64,000 nt of DNA from Lophium mytilinum (lineage: Eukaryota): assembly GCA_010093605.1 (NCBI GenBank), contig MU004190.1:1633599-1697598 (forward strand), in the 5' to 3' direction. Position numbers and translations under genes: made by a program. A model generated the notes under the pieces. The model ran no database searches, was not told the DNA's origin, and saw nothing but the letters and a program-made list of their open reading frames with translations. Below are positions 1 to 14,236 of this stretch, piece after piece. The first letter of the stretch is position 1. Every line of letters begins with the position of its first letter.

Positions 1-934
1 GATGCGTTGGTGAGGTTGTACATGACCGCCGAGCCGTAGAGATATGCGCCGAAGACATTGGTCCACTCAATGTGGTTGGTAGAGGAGCAGTTCTCCGTGG
101 CGTCCGCGCCGTCGTAGACGTGGTAGTCGTCGGTCAGCAGGCCGGCGGACTGGGTCCAGTTGTAGGCTTTCTCGGCCCAGGTGGCGTAGGTGGCGTTGCC
201 GGTGAACTGGGCGAGGCGGGCGGCGAGGAGGAAGAAGTTGCCGTTGGTGAGGGTGTTTTTGTAGTTGTAGCCGTTGTTGAAAGTGAAGATTTGCCAGCGG
301 AGACCGCCGCCGCAGGTGGAGGTGTCCCAGCGGGCGGCCTGCAGGTTGAAGACGTTGATGGAGATGTTGAGCCATTGGGATGATGGATTAGGATTGGGGA
401 AGTTCATCTCGGCGGCGGAGAGGGTGGCGAGCCCCCACGTGGACTGGTCATCGTTGCCCTGTAGTCATATTTAGTACTCGTGGGCTATATGACTGCAAGT
501 CTTCGCAGTAAGATGAATTGGCATATACCAAAGACTTGGTCTGGTTGGGCGTCATGTAATCGTCGTTCGGCCCTCTTTGGAATTGGAGAGCTTGCCCTAT
601 GAGGTCGCTGTACTGCTTGTCGGCAGTCAAGGTCTGGTACTGCACCATGGCGTCCCAGGCAGCTCCCGCCTCCCACCAGTAGTAGGGTTTACTGAACAGG
701 CCGGGCGGGCCATTGTTAGACGTGGCCTCATTGTAGGTCTGAATTATGCCTCCGGCGAGAGTCTTGGCAACATCCTTGATGGAATCTGGGGATGTTAGAA
801 ATGCGGGGGGGGCCGGTAAACTTGTCAAAAGGAAAAAAGAGTTTACCGGCACTGTCGGTTGAGAGGCTAATGGCATTTGCTGACAGAGCGAACGCCGAAA
901 AAGCGAGTGGAAGGGATTGCGTAGAGAAATGCAT
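1..934 (-). CDS. Glycoside hydrolase family 76 (Dfg5/Dcw1-like alpha-1,6-mannanase/transglycosylase), 5' part; gene continues beyond the left edge
   Basis: Signal peptide MHFSTQSLPLAFSAFALSANA, then YYWWEAGAAW, NDDQSTWG, CGGGLRWQIF and YKNTLTNGNFF motifs typical of GH76. Introns at about 846-786 and 528-459. Confidence 0.9.
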
Positions 935-1656
935 GTTGAACGAGTGGCGTCAATAATCGACGATGTTGAAGAGGGCGAGCGAGTTTGTTAAGTAATGATT
1001 TGGAAACAAATTAACCCGGAGAGCGGCGAGGCGAGGCGCATCCCGTCATCACTAAGATATGCTGGGACTAAGTAATGAAATACGAGAACTTAGGGGGGCG
1101 AAGCCCTTGCCTAGCCTGGAGCTTGGCTACTCAGGGGTAAAGTAAACTACTGTGGGTGTTACCAAGGAATTGCCAAGGATGAAGTTCTCCACCCTCAGCA
1201 GGTACTCATGATGAGAGAGGGTAAAGGAGGTTATAATATCATGTGTGCAAGAATCATCTCGCGTGGGTACGTTTTGCGGGGAAAAAAGCGGCTGTGGCTG
1301 TGGCGTTGATATCCAAGTCTATTTTTAGTGTCCGGAAGTGCGAGACGGGCCGATGATTTAGGCATCAGCCTCAGCCTTGCCAAGGATTGGACCACCACCA
1401 CCTGCATCCTCCACCCATCCTCACCCATCCTCACCCATCATGTAGCTGTCTTGCGCCTCTTTAGAACCATCGAATATCGAGCGGGAGTGACCTTTTCTCC
1501 TGCCCCCTCTACTCCCAATTCAGGAGCTGTGCCACTTCTTTCGACAATCCTGCTATCATAGCCGTGGACCGGTAATCTCGCCGCTAAAGAAATACCCGAC
1601 CTAGCACACGCCGAAGTAAACACACTCTAAAAAGACATTCAAGCGGTACACATGCG

Positions 1657-4012
1657 ATGCCTTCCGACAAAGATCTCTGCATCAATTGCAAAGCAATAAA
1701 CGTCGAGACTTTATCCGCTCCGGGAGGGTTTTGGGTGCGACGAGCAGATCTCCACCGTCAATGCTGCCTCTGCGCTTTCATTGAGAATAAGGTATTTAGA
1801 TTTGATAGAGGAGTGAAAGAGATTGCCCTTCGTTTGAAGTCTCATTTTGATGGGGCGGTCATGTTAGAGATGGGCGGGACCGAGTTCAACATTGGCACGT
1901 TAGAAGGTAAGGTTTCTCACATTTTCAGACCATAGCCATCAATTTGTACACATTCTACACCACTACGTGTGGTACTTGGGGTATTTCTAGATTTTGCAGG
2001 TATCGCCGCTCTCGAATCGTACGTCTTAAGATTCTGCTGTCTAGAGATGGCCTGGCGCGCTGGTTTTTTGTTCATATTGAAGAAGTCCTGTCTCAACTTT
2101 ATCTTCAAAACCTCATCGAGGCACTCAACACCATGGCGGATGTACGTACCGCAGGTGCTGATAAACAAGGTCAGTCACAGTGGAGATGGATATCCACTGC
2201 CATTTAACTTATCAGCTACCTACTGGGCAGGCTCCTCCTCACAGTGGTATTGGGCGTGCAAACGCCTAAACTTTTTACATCCCGTTTGCAATGTTGAAGC
2301 CTATAGATATTTACAGACTCATGGCCTGTAGCGCGGTAGTGTACAATGTCTGTTAGTATGATGGTAGCTTACGAGAAGTAGATGATCCAGCTACCCGCTT
2401 CAAAGTACCTGTCTACAGAAGGCCCACAAATACCAGATCTCCTGAGACATTTGCGATGGCTAAACGCTGGATCCAACAATGCGCCTCGAACCATGATTGT
2501 GACAGGGTTTTCAAAACCAACGTAAACTCCGGAATCCGCCCAAGTCGTCTTATCGACGTTTTGGCATTTGGTCTATCCTGCCTGGACGCCCAGTTGATTG
2601 ACACCAGGAGCCTAAGCCGTTGCCCTCAATACATCACCTTAAGTTATTGCTGGGGACCTCCTTCGTCGCACAGCTATACCACTACTCGCGCGAACTTCGA
2701 AGAGCGGCGAAGGAGGATCAAATACGAGGACCTTCCTCAAACCTTCCGCGATGCTATCACTATCACAAGAGAGATGGGAGAACGGTACCTCTGGGCCGAT
2801 GCAATCTGCATCATTCAACAAGATGAGGACGACTGGGAGGTTGAATCTAAAACAATGGGCTCGATATATGCTAACGCGCTGGTATCAATAGCAGCAGAAG
2901 ACAGCAAAGATAGCCACGGCGGTTGCTTCAGAGATATTACTGGACCAGAAATCCCGGACCTTATAAGATTAGAAAGCGAGGTCAGCTACGGTAAAACTAG
3001 TTGTTTGCTGCTATTCTATGATCACCTAAGCTTTTACACTCGTAACTTAAGCAACATCCCGCTTCGAAAACGTGCATGGGCTATGCAAGAGAGCATCCTG
3101 CCTCGACGAATCCTGCACTACACCGCGTCGCAACTATATTGGGAGTGCCGGAAAGTAGTATTGGCAGAGGATGGTCTACCTCGGTATGACGTGCCGCCAA
3201 ACGCCTTCTTTCTTCGCCTAAGGGCATTCTCCAATGCCTTTACGCCTAGGGACGAGTCAAAACCCATCACCGTGCAATCTTCATTCGTTTTATGGTACAA
3301 ACTCGTTCTTGATGACTACTTTGAAAGATTCCTCACTTTCCCCGAAGACGTGTTACCAGCCATTGCCGGCATTGCTACCTTAATTCACCGGTCACTGCAA
3401 TGCCGCTACATCGCCGGCATCTGGGCTGAGAACATTGGGTACGGATTGAGCTGGAGCATGCCGGTCGGCTTCGCGTCCCTCCCTCAACCGTCAACGTACC
3501 TGGGGCCCTCTTTCTCTTGGGTAGCGCGGTGTGAGCGTAAAAGCTACCCTCGCTACTTCAAATCCCCTGTAAAACTTCAGGAATCTCACGTCAAGCTCAC
3601 CGGCCCCGATCCGTTCGGTCGAATCAACGGCGCGTGGATTAGAGTCAAAGGGCGAATGAAGATTGCTCCGCGATTGCCTGGTACGAAGAGAGGCTCTCTA
3701 CCAAGCGGAGACCGGACTCGCTCGAACAAGTCAATTGTTCGAACCTCCATCGATGGACAGCTTTTGGTGGCTTGTTTTGATGGTGAGCACCCCGCGTCGT
3801 CCATGGAAGAGTGGTGCTACTTCGACCTCGGAGATGAGAAACACCTTATACTTGTACCGAAACGCGACGAAAATCACAATGGCTGGGTACGAGTTGGACT
3901 TGTCGAGCCGTCGGGCGAGTACTTGATTGGTAAGTCAGACGGAGAGATACATACTATCGAAGGGTGGTCATGGGATGATGGGTGGGAAGAGAAGGACATC
4001 ATCATCTATTAA
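1657..4012 (+). CDS. HET-domain (heterokaryon incompatibility-like) protein
   Basis: ORF 2456-4012 has RLIDV, YITLSYCWG, LPQTFRDAI, YLWADAICIIQ, MGSIYANA and RAWAMQE motifs. Probable first exon 1657-1906 (LCINC...CCLC) spliced to ~2382 (DDPA...). Confidence 0.9.
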
Positions 4013-4370
4013 AGCGGCAATCATCGACGACGTTACGAAGCCTTGCGCTCCTGAAAGTACTCCCTATCGTGCGGAATCGTCTTTCATCCTATGACTGGAA
4101 GACATTCACCCTTTCCGCAAAGTACTCGCTTCAATATCAGCCTTCCAGATCATACCTTGACCCTTTTCCACCACTCTAGGCAGGAAAAAAGTGGCACTAT
4201 CTGGCAGTTCAACACCGTCTGTGGTGGCCTGGAGAGCTATCAGGCTTGCCAAGTTGGGTTTCCTAGAGTAGCAATAGCATACTGGAAGACCACTAACGGT
4301 GCTGAACAAGCATGGAAGTAGTAATGCCCACCCGCTCATGTAACCTTGGCTCATCCCATTCTCCATCTAT

Positions 4371-4412
4371 CCCCCACCCCCACCCCCACCCCCACCCCCA
4401 CCCCTACCCCCC
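4371..4412. repeat. (CCCCCA)n hexanucleotide microsatellite
   Basis: Direct reading of about 6-7 tandem CCCCCA/CCCCTA units. Confidence 0.9.
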
Positions 4413-5392
4413 TCGATTCCACTTCCATCCCCTCACTTACATACAATTCCACCGAATCTCCAACCATCTCATATACTCTACCGTCTTTGCACACCCACAA
4501 GTCCAGCACTCCCCTTCCCATCTCTCGTCGACGCAACCAGCACACGGACCACACTTTGGCGCTGTGGCTTAACTAGCGGCGGGTGCGTGCATGACGTCCT
4601 GGTACGCAGGTGGGGTAGGTAGGTCTGAGCTATTTCTGGACTACCTACGAAATGTCTGGAGTTTGGCGATGATTTCGGGGTGTCGAAATGACAGGACGAG
4701 CATACTGGTGATCAGAGGGTGCATGATTATCCTGAAGATCGTGTCCAAAACATCCCTACATCGGAATCGCGTTTCTTTCGTTCAAGCCCCGGTCCACCCA
4801 CCCACCCACGCACCCTCCCCCGCCCCGCTTAAGGTCATCTCTGCATCTCTAAGCGCCGGCTGCCAAACCAGCCCCAGCTTCTCCACATGCATGAGGACGA
4901 TGCGGTAGTGCCTGGTCTCGCGTCGACTCGTTTCGTACTCGATGCTCCACTTTTGCTGTGCTGGATACCTTTGTAGGTAGCTACCTGAAATATTCGAAAC
5001 TTCTTAGATATAGACGACACACCTCGGAATACTCGCAACACCGATCCATCTCTAAATACTCGAAACAATCCAATGCAATGCACTCTCTTTAAGTAGAAAT
5101 AGTAGTTCGGTATACACTCTGACGCAGAAACTCCTGCTTCTCCAAACGCCAATCCCAGCCCCACTCCCATTCCCGAGCCCTGAACTTGTCTGGATATCTC
5201 ATATACCGTCACCGAAAAACCGTAGTAAGCTAATGTAAAAAAAACCCGGTTGATGCTACGCCGAACGCGAAGACATGGGAACAACGAATCGAAACCTATC
5301 CTTACCCCATCGTACCCAACCTCTACCCACCACACCCACCCCCTCTCCCTCCTCCATCGCCACTCCATCACCACCTCCCACACCACACCCCC

Positions 5393-6197
5393 CTACCTCG
5401 CCGCTCCCCCAAAATACCCCTTCCACCCCTTCTGCCGCGGCGTCTCGACCTCAAACTGGCTCGTAATCGTCGTCGTGGTCCTGGGCCCACTACCCTTCTC
5501 CGCACCCAAACCCTTCTCCACATCCCGATTCCCACCTTTCGGCATAAACGCTTTCGCGCTGGGCGGCGGCGAAGCAAGCCGCACGCCGGTGCGGCGGTTC
5601 TGGGCGCGCGTGGGTGTTTTCGGCGGCAGGGAGCGGCCGGTCAGGCGGCGCGAGGCGCGGCGCAGCGACTGGCGCACGTCCCATTGGCGCTTTTTGGCGA
5701 GGTAGAAGAGGGTTGCTGAAGCCGCTGTTGCGTGAAACGTAAAAAACATTAGCGTATACTCTCATGCGAAATTTGAAATCGTTGGGGTTTTTGCGGTGTC
5801 GTTCGGGAAGGGGTCTTTCTAACGGTTCGTTCGGAAACGGCTCCGGCTGAGGATATACGAAGGGGAAAGGGAGTGGGAGGAATGGGGTGGGCTTACCTCC
5901 GCCGACTACTACGACTACGACGACGACGATGATGGCGGCCAGGGCGCCTTTGGAGAGCGAGAAGGCGCCTTGCGAGGAGCCGCTGGCGCCGGCGTCGGTG
6001 GGGTCTTCTGGGTTGTCGTTGCCGCCGTTGTAGCCGGCGGGCGCGGCGGAGGTGGCGGCGGCGGACGCGGCGGCGGAGGTGGCGGCGGCGGTGTGGGTTA
6101 TTTGGAGGGTTTGGGTGGATTGGATCGTGCTCTGGGCGAGAGAGAGGGTGATGAAAGCGCAGAGGGCGAGGAGGGAGGGCGCGGAGGCGTTGCGCAT
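5393..6197 (-). CDS. Single-pass type I membrane protein (signal peptide, Ser/Thr/Ala-rich ectodomain, basic cytosolic tail)
   Basis: Exon 1 6197-5897 MRNASAPSLLALCAF...AIIVVVVVVVVGG. GT-AG intron ~5896-5725 with GCTAAT branch. Exon 2 continues in frame AASATLFYLAKKRQW to the stop at 5393. Confidence 0.8.
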
Positions 6198-7879
6198 AGC
6201 TGCGATGGAAGCTGCCCGGAGGACGGCGGGAAAGAGTAGGCAGGTAGCGAAGCCTCGAATTGAAGCTTGAATCGAAGGAGAGTAGAAGGAGGTCGTCCAG
6301 CGGTGGTCGTACGAGTTCCGAGAGAATGGAATAGGGTCTGAAGATCTGGGGGAGGCACAGCCGGAGATATATTCTTCAGGACAGGGAGAGAGAGAGGGAG
6401 ATCAACTCGACTCGCACAAAACCCTCGTTCTTTTTCACGCTCAGGATGGATAGAGTGCTCGCCTCCACAACAGCGGGAATGGGCCTCTCTATATTTGAGC
6501 GCCCTCTCCCCTCCTACCCACCCCTCCCGTGGCCTCATACTGGCGGCACCCCCAGCGGCCTCAGCGGCCGGCGGCTATCAAATCACATCTGCGACAGCTG
6601 TGACGAGATGCTATTTTGGCGGTGTTGGCGCTGGCGTTTTTGCGTTGTCAGGGGCGTGGTGAGGTTCGATTTGCTGATGGCGGGGATGGGCGCGGCGGTT
6701 AGAGGGGTGGGGCGCGTGAGTGGTTCGATGTCGCTGTGTCACAATGCGGCCCCTGTCCCGCTGGCGCCAGGGGGGCTGCCCAATCAGCGCGGCGGGAGGG
6801 GAAGAACTTCATGCCTTGTGCACGACGACGAGAGTGTCCTGAGCGACGCTGCGATCGTGGTGGGAAAGGGAGAGGCGACGGAGATGGCGATGGCGATAGT
6901 GTTGAGGTCGTGATCGATGGGCTATGGGAACGCCGAAGCGGCTGTGGGACAGGTCTGCGATGCGCACGCGGAGAACTGCTTGGGGTGAGTCTTATCGGGC
7001 TGGAATATCGATGATGGATGCACAGGTGTGATAGATGATCCTTGTGGGTTGTGACGGTCGAGACTTGCGTCGATGCGGATTGATGGTGGTATCGATGGTA
7101 GGGAGAAAGCAATGAGAGCGCGAATGCCTGAGCTACCTAACTGTCGGTCGCTAAAACGATTCTGTAGGTACCATGTTTAGCTAAGTCATAGTAGTTGGTT
7201 TCTTTGTTCTTGGGAATGTTTTGACCTCGAGGGAAGTAAAATCTGCGATCTATGGCCTGTGTTTCCAGCGTCGCGGCTTACCAACTCTTGCACTTCAGCG
7301 ATCCTAATGCCGTCGTGCTCTTCTCTTGGTACTAGATGATACGTTTTGCCGCACGGACGTTTGACTGTTTGGTTCCAACCTCGCTGAGTTGACGGTACTG
7401 AGAGGAGCAGCCCAGCTAATTGGTAGGCAGTGGGTTAAGCAGTACTCCGAACTGCACTGCCCAAACTCGACATCGCGCGTAGATGTTTGAACCCTATGGG
7501 CATAGAGTAACCCAAGCGGTGATAATCGGGAATGAGTAGACCCATGGGTTTTCGCAGATCTGCGTGTCAGAAGTGCTCTTCCATGAATTTGAAAATAGAA
7601 ACCGTACTCGTCATGTGATTTGCGCATCTAGCAAATGCAGAGTTTCGATGGTGATGGCGCGTCGTATCTTCGCTCGGTCGCTCAGGGTACTAAGATCTTC
7701 AGATCCCATTACATCCCTCCTCTATTCTAGCTTCCCTAGCTGTTAAGACACTATGCAGAGCGCAATGGCTCTCACAAAGACAGTCTCCCCGACAGGCCGT
7801 AACAGCATTGGCCTACTGCTAGTCCCAATGCTTCCCGCAATCGCTTACGGAGGCTTGCTGTTCCGACGGTGGAAGGTCT

Positions 7880-8898
7880 GGAAAGCCTGAGTCGAGTTTG
7901 TGCAGCTTCCCCGCGAAGTCTTGGATATAATCTGGGATATTACACTCTCCATGCTGGTGATTGGGCAGCAAAAAATAGAGATCGCCAGACTCTATAGCAG
8001 ACGTAGAGCCCCGGGCCGTCAGTCTGAGCACAGGGACTTGGCTCCAATTTGCGCTCTCGATGCCACTGTTCGGGGTGGCCTGGCTGCTTAGCAGCTAGTC
8101 GGTCAAGAAGCAGTCTAATCTACACTGCTTGAACCTCGACAACGCCCGTAGATCTCCATAAGTCTAGGTGCGCGGGTTTTCTTACTGCTTGGCTTGAAAC
8201 TGGCTCACTTGATACCACTGTTGGGGGTAGCCTGGCTGCTGAGCAGCTGATCAATCAAAAAGCAGTCTAACTTACATTGTTTGAACCTCGACATCGCCCT
8301 TAGATCTCCAAATACTGTGGGGGTATCCCAGGCAGTGGCGAACCGGTAGGCTAGTCCTATGGCTTGCCACCGTGAAGGAGATTCTTTAACAGAAAGGACG
8401 ATGCTGCTCGTGCGCTGACCGGCATATCCGTGGGTAGGTCGTTGCTATCTTCCACCTCTCGCTCCTACTCACAGACCCCTGATCTCGCAGGCGCGCAACC
8501 TTATTCCCACATCCTGTCTTCCTCCCCATACGAGCGATACGAACACCTTGCGTCGTAGCAAGAAAATCTGTATCGCATCGCCATTGGAATCTCTTCGCGA
8601 ATATCCTCCGAAATACGATAGAGGATTAATCAGATTTTGGAGTGCGGTCGACGCCGCGTGAGATGGCCCAGTATGTGGAAGAAAGCTCATTGAGAGTGGA
8701 GTAATGAAAGGCTGTAGACTGGAAGGTGTCAATATACTGATGGCCGACTACTACAGCATCAGCGTAAGGGTAGGAGACTTCGACGCCAAGTATTTGTTGT
8801 TTGCAGCTCTACGACATAATATAGAGAGTCTTGACGAGATTTGGTCCGCCGAGCATTCACATGTTCCGTTGTACAGTTTTACCAAAGCGATATACTGA
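7880..8898 (+). pseudogene. Possible relic of an F-box-like gene interrupted by two copies of a dispersed repeat
   Basis: SLVQLPREVLDIIWDITL resembles an F-box start. The frame runs into the repeat at ~8010; a short ORF remnant lies at 8704-8898. Confidence 0.3.
8013..8378. repeat. Dispersed ~230-bp repeat family R, two tandem copies (first partial)
   Basis: Core ccactgttgggggtagcctggctgct...aagcagtctaa...ttgaacctcgac...tagatct is shared with the copies at 25.6 and 27.0 kb. Confidence 0.85.
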
Positions 8899-11800
8899 TA
8901 TCTTGATAGCAGTGTTGTAAAAGCAAGGCATACGAACCCCATCACCCTTGGTTGAGGTCCTATAGCATGCTGTTAGCCATCTAGATGCGACGGAACGTGC
9001 TTTGCTTAAGCTTACGGCACGTCATATGGCAGAAACGCAACGTGGAGAGGCTGGGTTCGCAAGTCGGCCATTGTAAAGAGGGGATGGTGAGAACAGCGAG
9101 GGCAACAACGACGAGCAATATACACATAACACCGCGGTCCATGCCGAGTGAGGCGCGAAAGATGAAGAAATCAGTTACCTTTAAGCCGCCGGTAGGGACG
9201 CCCACGCCGCATGCAAAGAAGCGCAAGCCCGCGGCGAACGAAGCCTCGAGACGCCGCTCCCGCTCCGAGACCCCACTCGAGGACATTGACGGTGGCTAGC
9301 AGGATTACGTACCCCGGTGATGACTTGCTGAGGCCTATCAGCCCGTACAACATAGTGTCTATAGCGGTAATGGTGATCCTTAAGCCAGATGGAATTACAG
9401 ATTTCTAAGTACAGTGTTGCAAATTGAGGTTTAGCAGACCTGTCAGATATGGCACCGTATGGGGTCCGCCAGGGTATGCTTGATACCTTGTAATTTCAGA
9501 GCGCAGTGGATTACAGATTAGAATCGAGGTTCCAAATCTTCGAATCGCGGTGCGGCTGGAGTAGTCCGTAGAAGTGTTGCCTTCTTCTTATTCCACTTCT
9601 TCTTATTCCTCTTCTTCTTATTCCTCTTCTTCTCAATCCTCTGTTCTTAATTCTCTTCTTCTTGTTTCAACCGTAATATGCTACTTCGCTCTCTTTCCAA
9701 GCAGTCTCCATTCTTCTATCCCTTCTTGTTCTCATTGTAACCCAGTCTTCCACTCGTCCCCTTATCTGTATTTAACCGATGCACATCTCGCATACGTGGA
9801 TCCCTGGGGCTCGTTCGAAGGCAGCTCGGAGGTAGATACTGTACCTGTGGCATAAGTTAGTCTCAAAACACTCATGTCTTTGAAAACAACCCCGAGGGCA
9901 TCTGTAATTCTGGGTTCTGAGCATCGCAGCATGTGGATGATGCATGGCAAATATCAAAACTTCTGAGAGCAGCTTAGCATCTCGATTGTTCGCCGGTGAC
10001 GCCAGCACCCTGTTAGTAGACTGGATGAACGTCCCGCACGTTCAGTGATTATTATCGTGCCCAAAGGCGTTCATTGTCTGTTCGAATCCTCGTCTGAGCC
10101 CGTGTGCTTGTCACAGTTTCACCAAGAGCTTTGAGGGGTCTTGCTGGCGTTGCGGGCCGGATTCCACCAGCAGTTTAGTTCGAAATGGGACGCCGAGTCG
10201 TCTGCCTTGACGAAACTTCAAGTTGCTACCCCTACCTGAGTCTGTCAGTTTCCTGACATGCCACATGCCCAGGCTTGCCAAAGCCAATCTAGAGTGACTC
10301 TAAGCCTCGGTGGGTTGGTATTTGTCCCAGGCCCTTTGCGTCTAGGTGTTTCCTGGCTCGAGCCCCACGGGTTCCATAAGGTTTCCCTATTCCAATGTTC
10401 TTCCTGTTGATGCCTGCCGACTTTCCGCTTCGCCTATGACTTTCCGCCTAGACTTAGGCCGCCTGGCGTTTTCCCACTGACAGGGCGTGTCCGATTGTCT
10501 CCAGGAGTATGTTATGACTTGATCTACTTCGTCGTTGTACCACAGTGACGCGTACCCTCCCCAGTAAGAACAACTGCTGGTCTGATTGAAGGACTAGAAC
10601 GTCTGTCTTGGTCGAGGGCCTTCCGAGGGCTCGTGGCGGAGTTTCAAGGTTCGAAGGTTGTTTGCCTCGCCGTCTGCGTTGGGTGCCTGTCTTAAGGAGA
10701 GAAAGGAGCTACTCCTACCAGGTTGTGCCGGGAAGACTGGTCTGATTCAAAAAAGATGAGTTCCTTGACTTAAAAGACAGTACAAGAGCACCTGTTACCA
10801 CCAGTACCAGTATGTTTCCGACGCTTTCGAGGACGCAATCGCTACGAAAACAAGTCCACACTTGTCTCTTCTTGCTGGCCCGGTCCCTGCTTGTTCTAAA
10901 GTTGTCCTTTCGGGATTCCAGACTGTTGCTTCTTCGAGAAGAACACAGGTATCCGTTTGTATGTGCATCAGGGCGAGGGGTGGCCGAAGGCAGGAGGAGG
11001 GAGGAGGAGGCTGGTATGGGAATGCTAAGGCAATCAGCCGGGGGACTCTATGAAGGCTCGAGAGAACCGAGGCCACAGAGAGTTAGCAGATCTCGAAAGA
11101 GCAGATCCCTTGGATAGTCTTGCCTTCATGATGCCTCCTTGTCGCCTCTGTTGACTGGGCGAAGATGGACAGGGACACAATGTTCCCTGCCCGAGGATGC
11201 AGCCTTACTTAAGGCACGTATTGGTGACCTGCCTATCTGTTTCGCCGCTTGTCTCTGTCTCTCATTGTTGCCACGGGAGCACGGAGGCTCAAGGCCGTAG
11301 CAATGTCTCAAGCAAAGTCACTGGTGGCCTAGGTAGCCCGAGAATGAAGAAAGGGGGTGTTTGCATTATGCTACACTATCTAAAGGCTATATAGTGAACA
11401 CAATGAGGGTGATCTCTCAATGCGTTGATGCTGTGACGCTAACTCGGTTGTGCGTGGCTTGCCCTTTTGTTGTGGTCTTCTGTCGCCTTTGCTTCTCCCT
11501 CATCTTCTCTCCATCCTACCCACCACCATCATCACCAACACCACCAGTACTTGCCTATTCACTGCCTCAAGAGCTTCTAGACCTGTTCCAGATCCTCTGC
11601 AGACCGTCAGCGTAAGTCTTCAGGTGCTCTCTGAAGCATCCTGAGCCCGTGGTGTCACTAGCCGGCGAAAAGTCTTCTCCGCCCCTTCTTCACCTCCCTC
11701 ATCCCCAACACCATCTGAAAACTGCTGCACGCCGTCTCAAAGCTTCTACGAGTCCCACTGACCTTCCACAGATGCGTCTTGCAAGTCTTTCGACGCCGTT

Positions 11801-12345
11801 TGGCCTCGTGTCGGGGTTTGTGGGCGAGGTGGCCTCCATCGCCACCTCCGCTTCGCACTTGACCAGCCCATCACACCCAGCATCGAAACACCACAGCAAG
11901 CAGTGGCTGTAGCATCTTTCGATACCTCCGAGCCTCCACTAACGTGTGCTGTAAGTCTCTCGGCGTGTTAGGGACCTTTCCTGGCTCTGACGTTTGTGGC
12001 TTCGACCGTGGCTTCTCCGCCCCAGACTCATCCACTTCATCACTAACAACCTCCAGCCACCTCCAGGCACACCTCGCTCAGCACTGTTGATCTCCCGGAG
12101 GCCTCGTTGGCAGGCTGTGCCTCCGCTGTAAGTTTGGAGTTTCTTTGACGGCTCTTTGCCTTGGCGACATCTCACTCTTTTTTCATCAACACCATCCATC
12201 AACACCATCAACACAACAAAGGTCGCTTCGTCCTCAGTGCTTCGAGGCTTCAGCGGTGCTCCGAAGCACAAGTTCTCTCTACCCAGTAAGTGTACAGCTC
12301 TTTCATATTTTTTCAACCTCTTCCCATGCCCACCACAACAACACT

Positions 12346-14236
12346 TGGGCTGCGTTCTCGAGGGAGTCGTGCTTCACCCACGTCGACTCCTTAAAAACCA
12401 GCGTAGAGTAACAAACATCGCCCGGAGCTTGTTCAGCGGTCGCTTCTTGCTGGACTGAAGCAATGAGAGCTGGGTAAGAACCGTTCGCCAACAGTCCGGT
12501 GTCGAGCGACGCAGGATGGACCACAGCCGCCCGAGGGAGGACCTGGCGGGCAGGATTCGGCTTGGTAACCCGGGTCCGAGTAAGGTTGTAAACGTCGTGA
12601 TTGCCAGTCGCGGCGTAGGTGTCCTTGCTCGTACATCTCTTGACCCTTCCAGCATTTGTTGTTACCGTTTTGCACATGTCTTTTTGTCCAAGCCTTCGCT
12701 AACTTCATCATCGTAAGGTCCGCTTCCCTCGGCGTCGAAGTTAGGACTGCTTCATGCTATTGCGTCTTAAGAATTGGTACGTTCAAGTCTTTCTTTCAAC
12801 TCTTGTCAGCCACTCTACCCTCCCAGCCCCTCCCATCGTACAGGCAAGGTACGGACACTCGAGCCTGGCTCTTTCATAGCCATGAAGCTCTCATGCCTCT
12901 TGCCGAGATCGAACAAACAAGTCGCCGCCATGGTTCCCTGTCCGATCATAGTTCGCCGCAACGCGGTTATTTAGTGTAGTATTGTGCCCCTCGGGGTTAT
13001 GAGCCGGGGCAGCGGCTGTTCTCTTCAACGGCGGCGACGACTGCGGGATAGTTACCCTGGCATCAGCGCTGCTCCGCATTCGATGGCGCCAGTAGGTGGT
13101 CCTAGTCAAACATCTTTTGCTAATCTTTCTGCAGGCAGATTCCTCCCTTCGACTTCTCGCGGCACCTCCACAACCTGCTTCCTCCTCTCTTACAACCTCT
13201 TTCGAATGCCGAACGCGGTACGATCATTAGCACTACCTTCTTCTTTAGCCTCAAACGGTTTTTGGCATACGAGCGCGGCTCCTTGAGAACATTCCAAGTG
13301 TCTCCTACAAATACCAAGCACCTGTCGTCACTGGACGAGGAAATGAAAGCAACATGGCATAACATAATGGATGTGGAGTATTTGCGAGATTGAAAGTGTC
13401 TTCGACTTGTAGGTCGGCATCAAATCGAGTTCTGGGGTACTCGGAGCTACTGTCAAGATGGATTCGTCGTCCCCTCTCATTTCGCCATCTTTGGGTTTCA
13501 GCATCAGGCAAGAACAGTCGAACGATCTTGGCTTCCTCTTAGCGTGGTTCGAAGATTGCTTTCCAAGAACAAAAAGAAGTCGCCCTCTGGTTCCCGTTCG
13601 CTCGTAGGTCGCTGTCCCTACCTCTGTTGGTGGAGTGTTTGTCTGCAATATTGCGCTGGCGAGGCAGCCCGCGCCTGAAGACAGCTGTAAGAGGGCGACA
13701 GACGCCAAGATAGTCACCCCAGCATCAGCACTGCCTTGCATTTGATGGTGTTGGAAGGCGGTCTTGGCTCGGACATATTTCTTTCGGTTTGGCGATCTCT
13801 TCATCAAATGCACGATTGGTTTCGTGGTTGCTGACAGAAATGCAGACACTAGAGATCTGCTTCCTAGGTAACTGTCATCGGTTCTGTCACAAACCTCATC
13901 ATGGTAAGTTCTTTCCGCTTATTTTTTCCTCTCGTTTTTCCTCGACGATCGCCCTCTTCAATCAGGCACTTCAGCCCACCGAGCCCGACTCTAGTAGCTC
14001 TCGCTCCGGGTATTGTAGGTCAAGATCAAACCAAATCGTCGTGCTCAGCGGGGTGTTGGAAGCAAGTAACCATGGGGCGCAGTCGCGGTCTTGGTCGGTT
14101 ACGCGTACTGGGGCAGAGCAGGGCCTTCCTAGATGGTCACAAGAGCACGTACGAGCGACGGATGAAGGGAGTACCACGGCTTCAGCTGCCTGCTCTGCTA
14201 GAATGGGGTCTGATGGGCGGCCCAACTCGTACATCT
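12346..14236 (+). ncRNA. Array units 1-4 (most diverged; apparently one per intron)
   Basis: Ends gctcgtACAtct (12633), gtcaaACAtct (13110), gctcggACAtat (13773), actcgtACAtct (14231); each followed by a branch point and AG. Confidence 0.55.

Noticed and set aside
9590..9665. Ser-rich ORF / TTCTTCTTATTCC repeats
   Set aside because: Simple pyrimidine-rich low-complexity tract with no other support.
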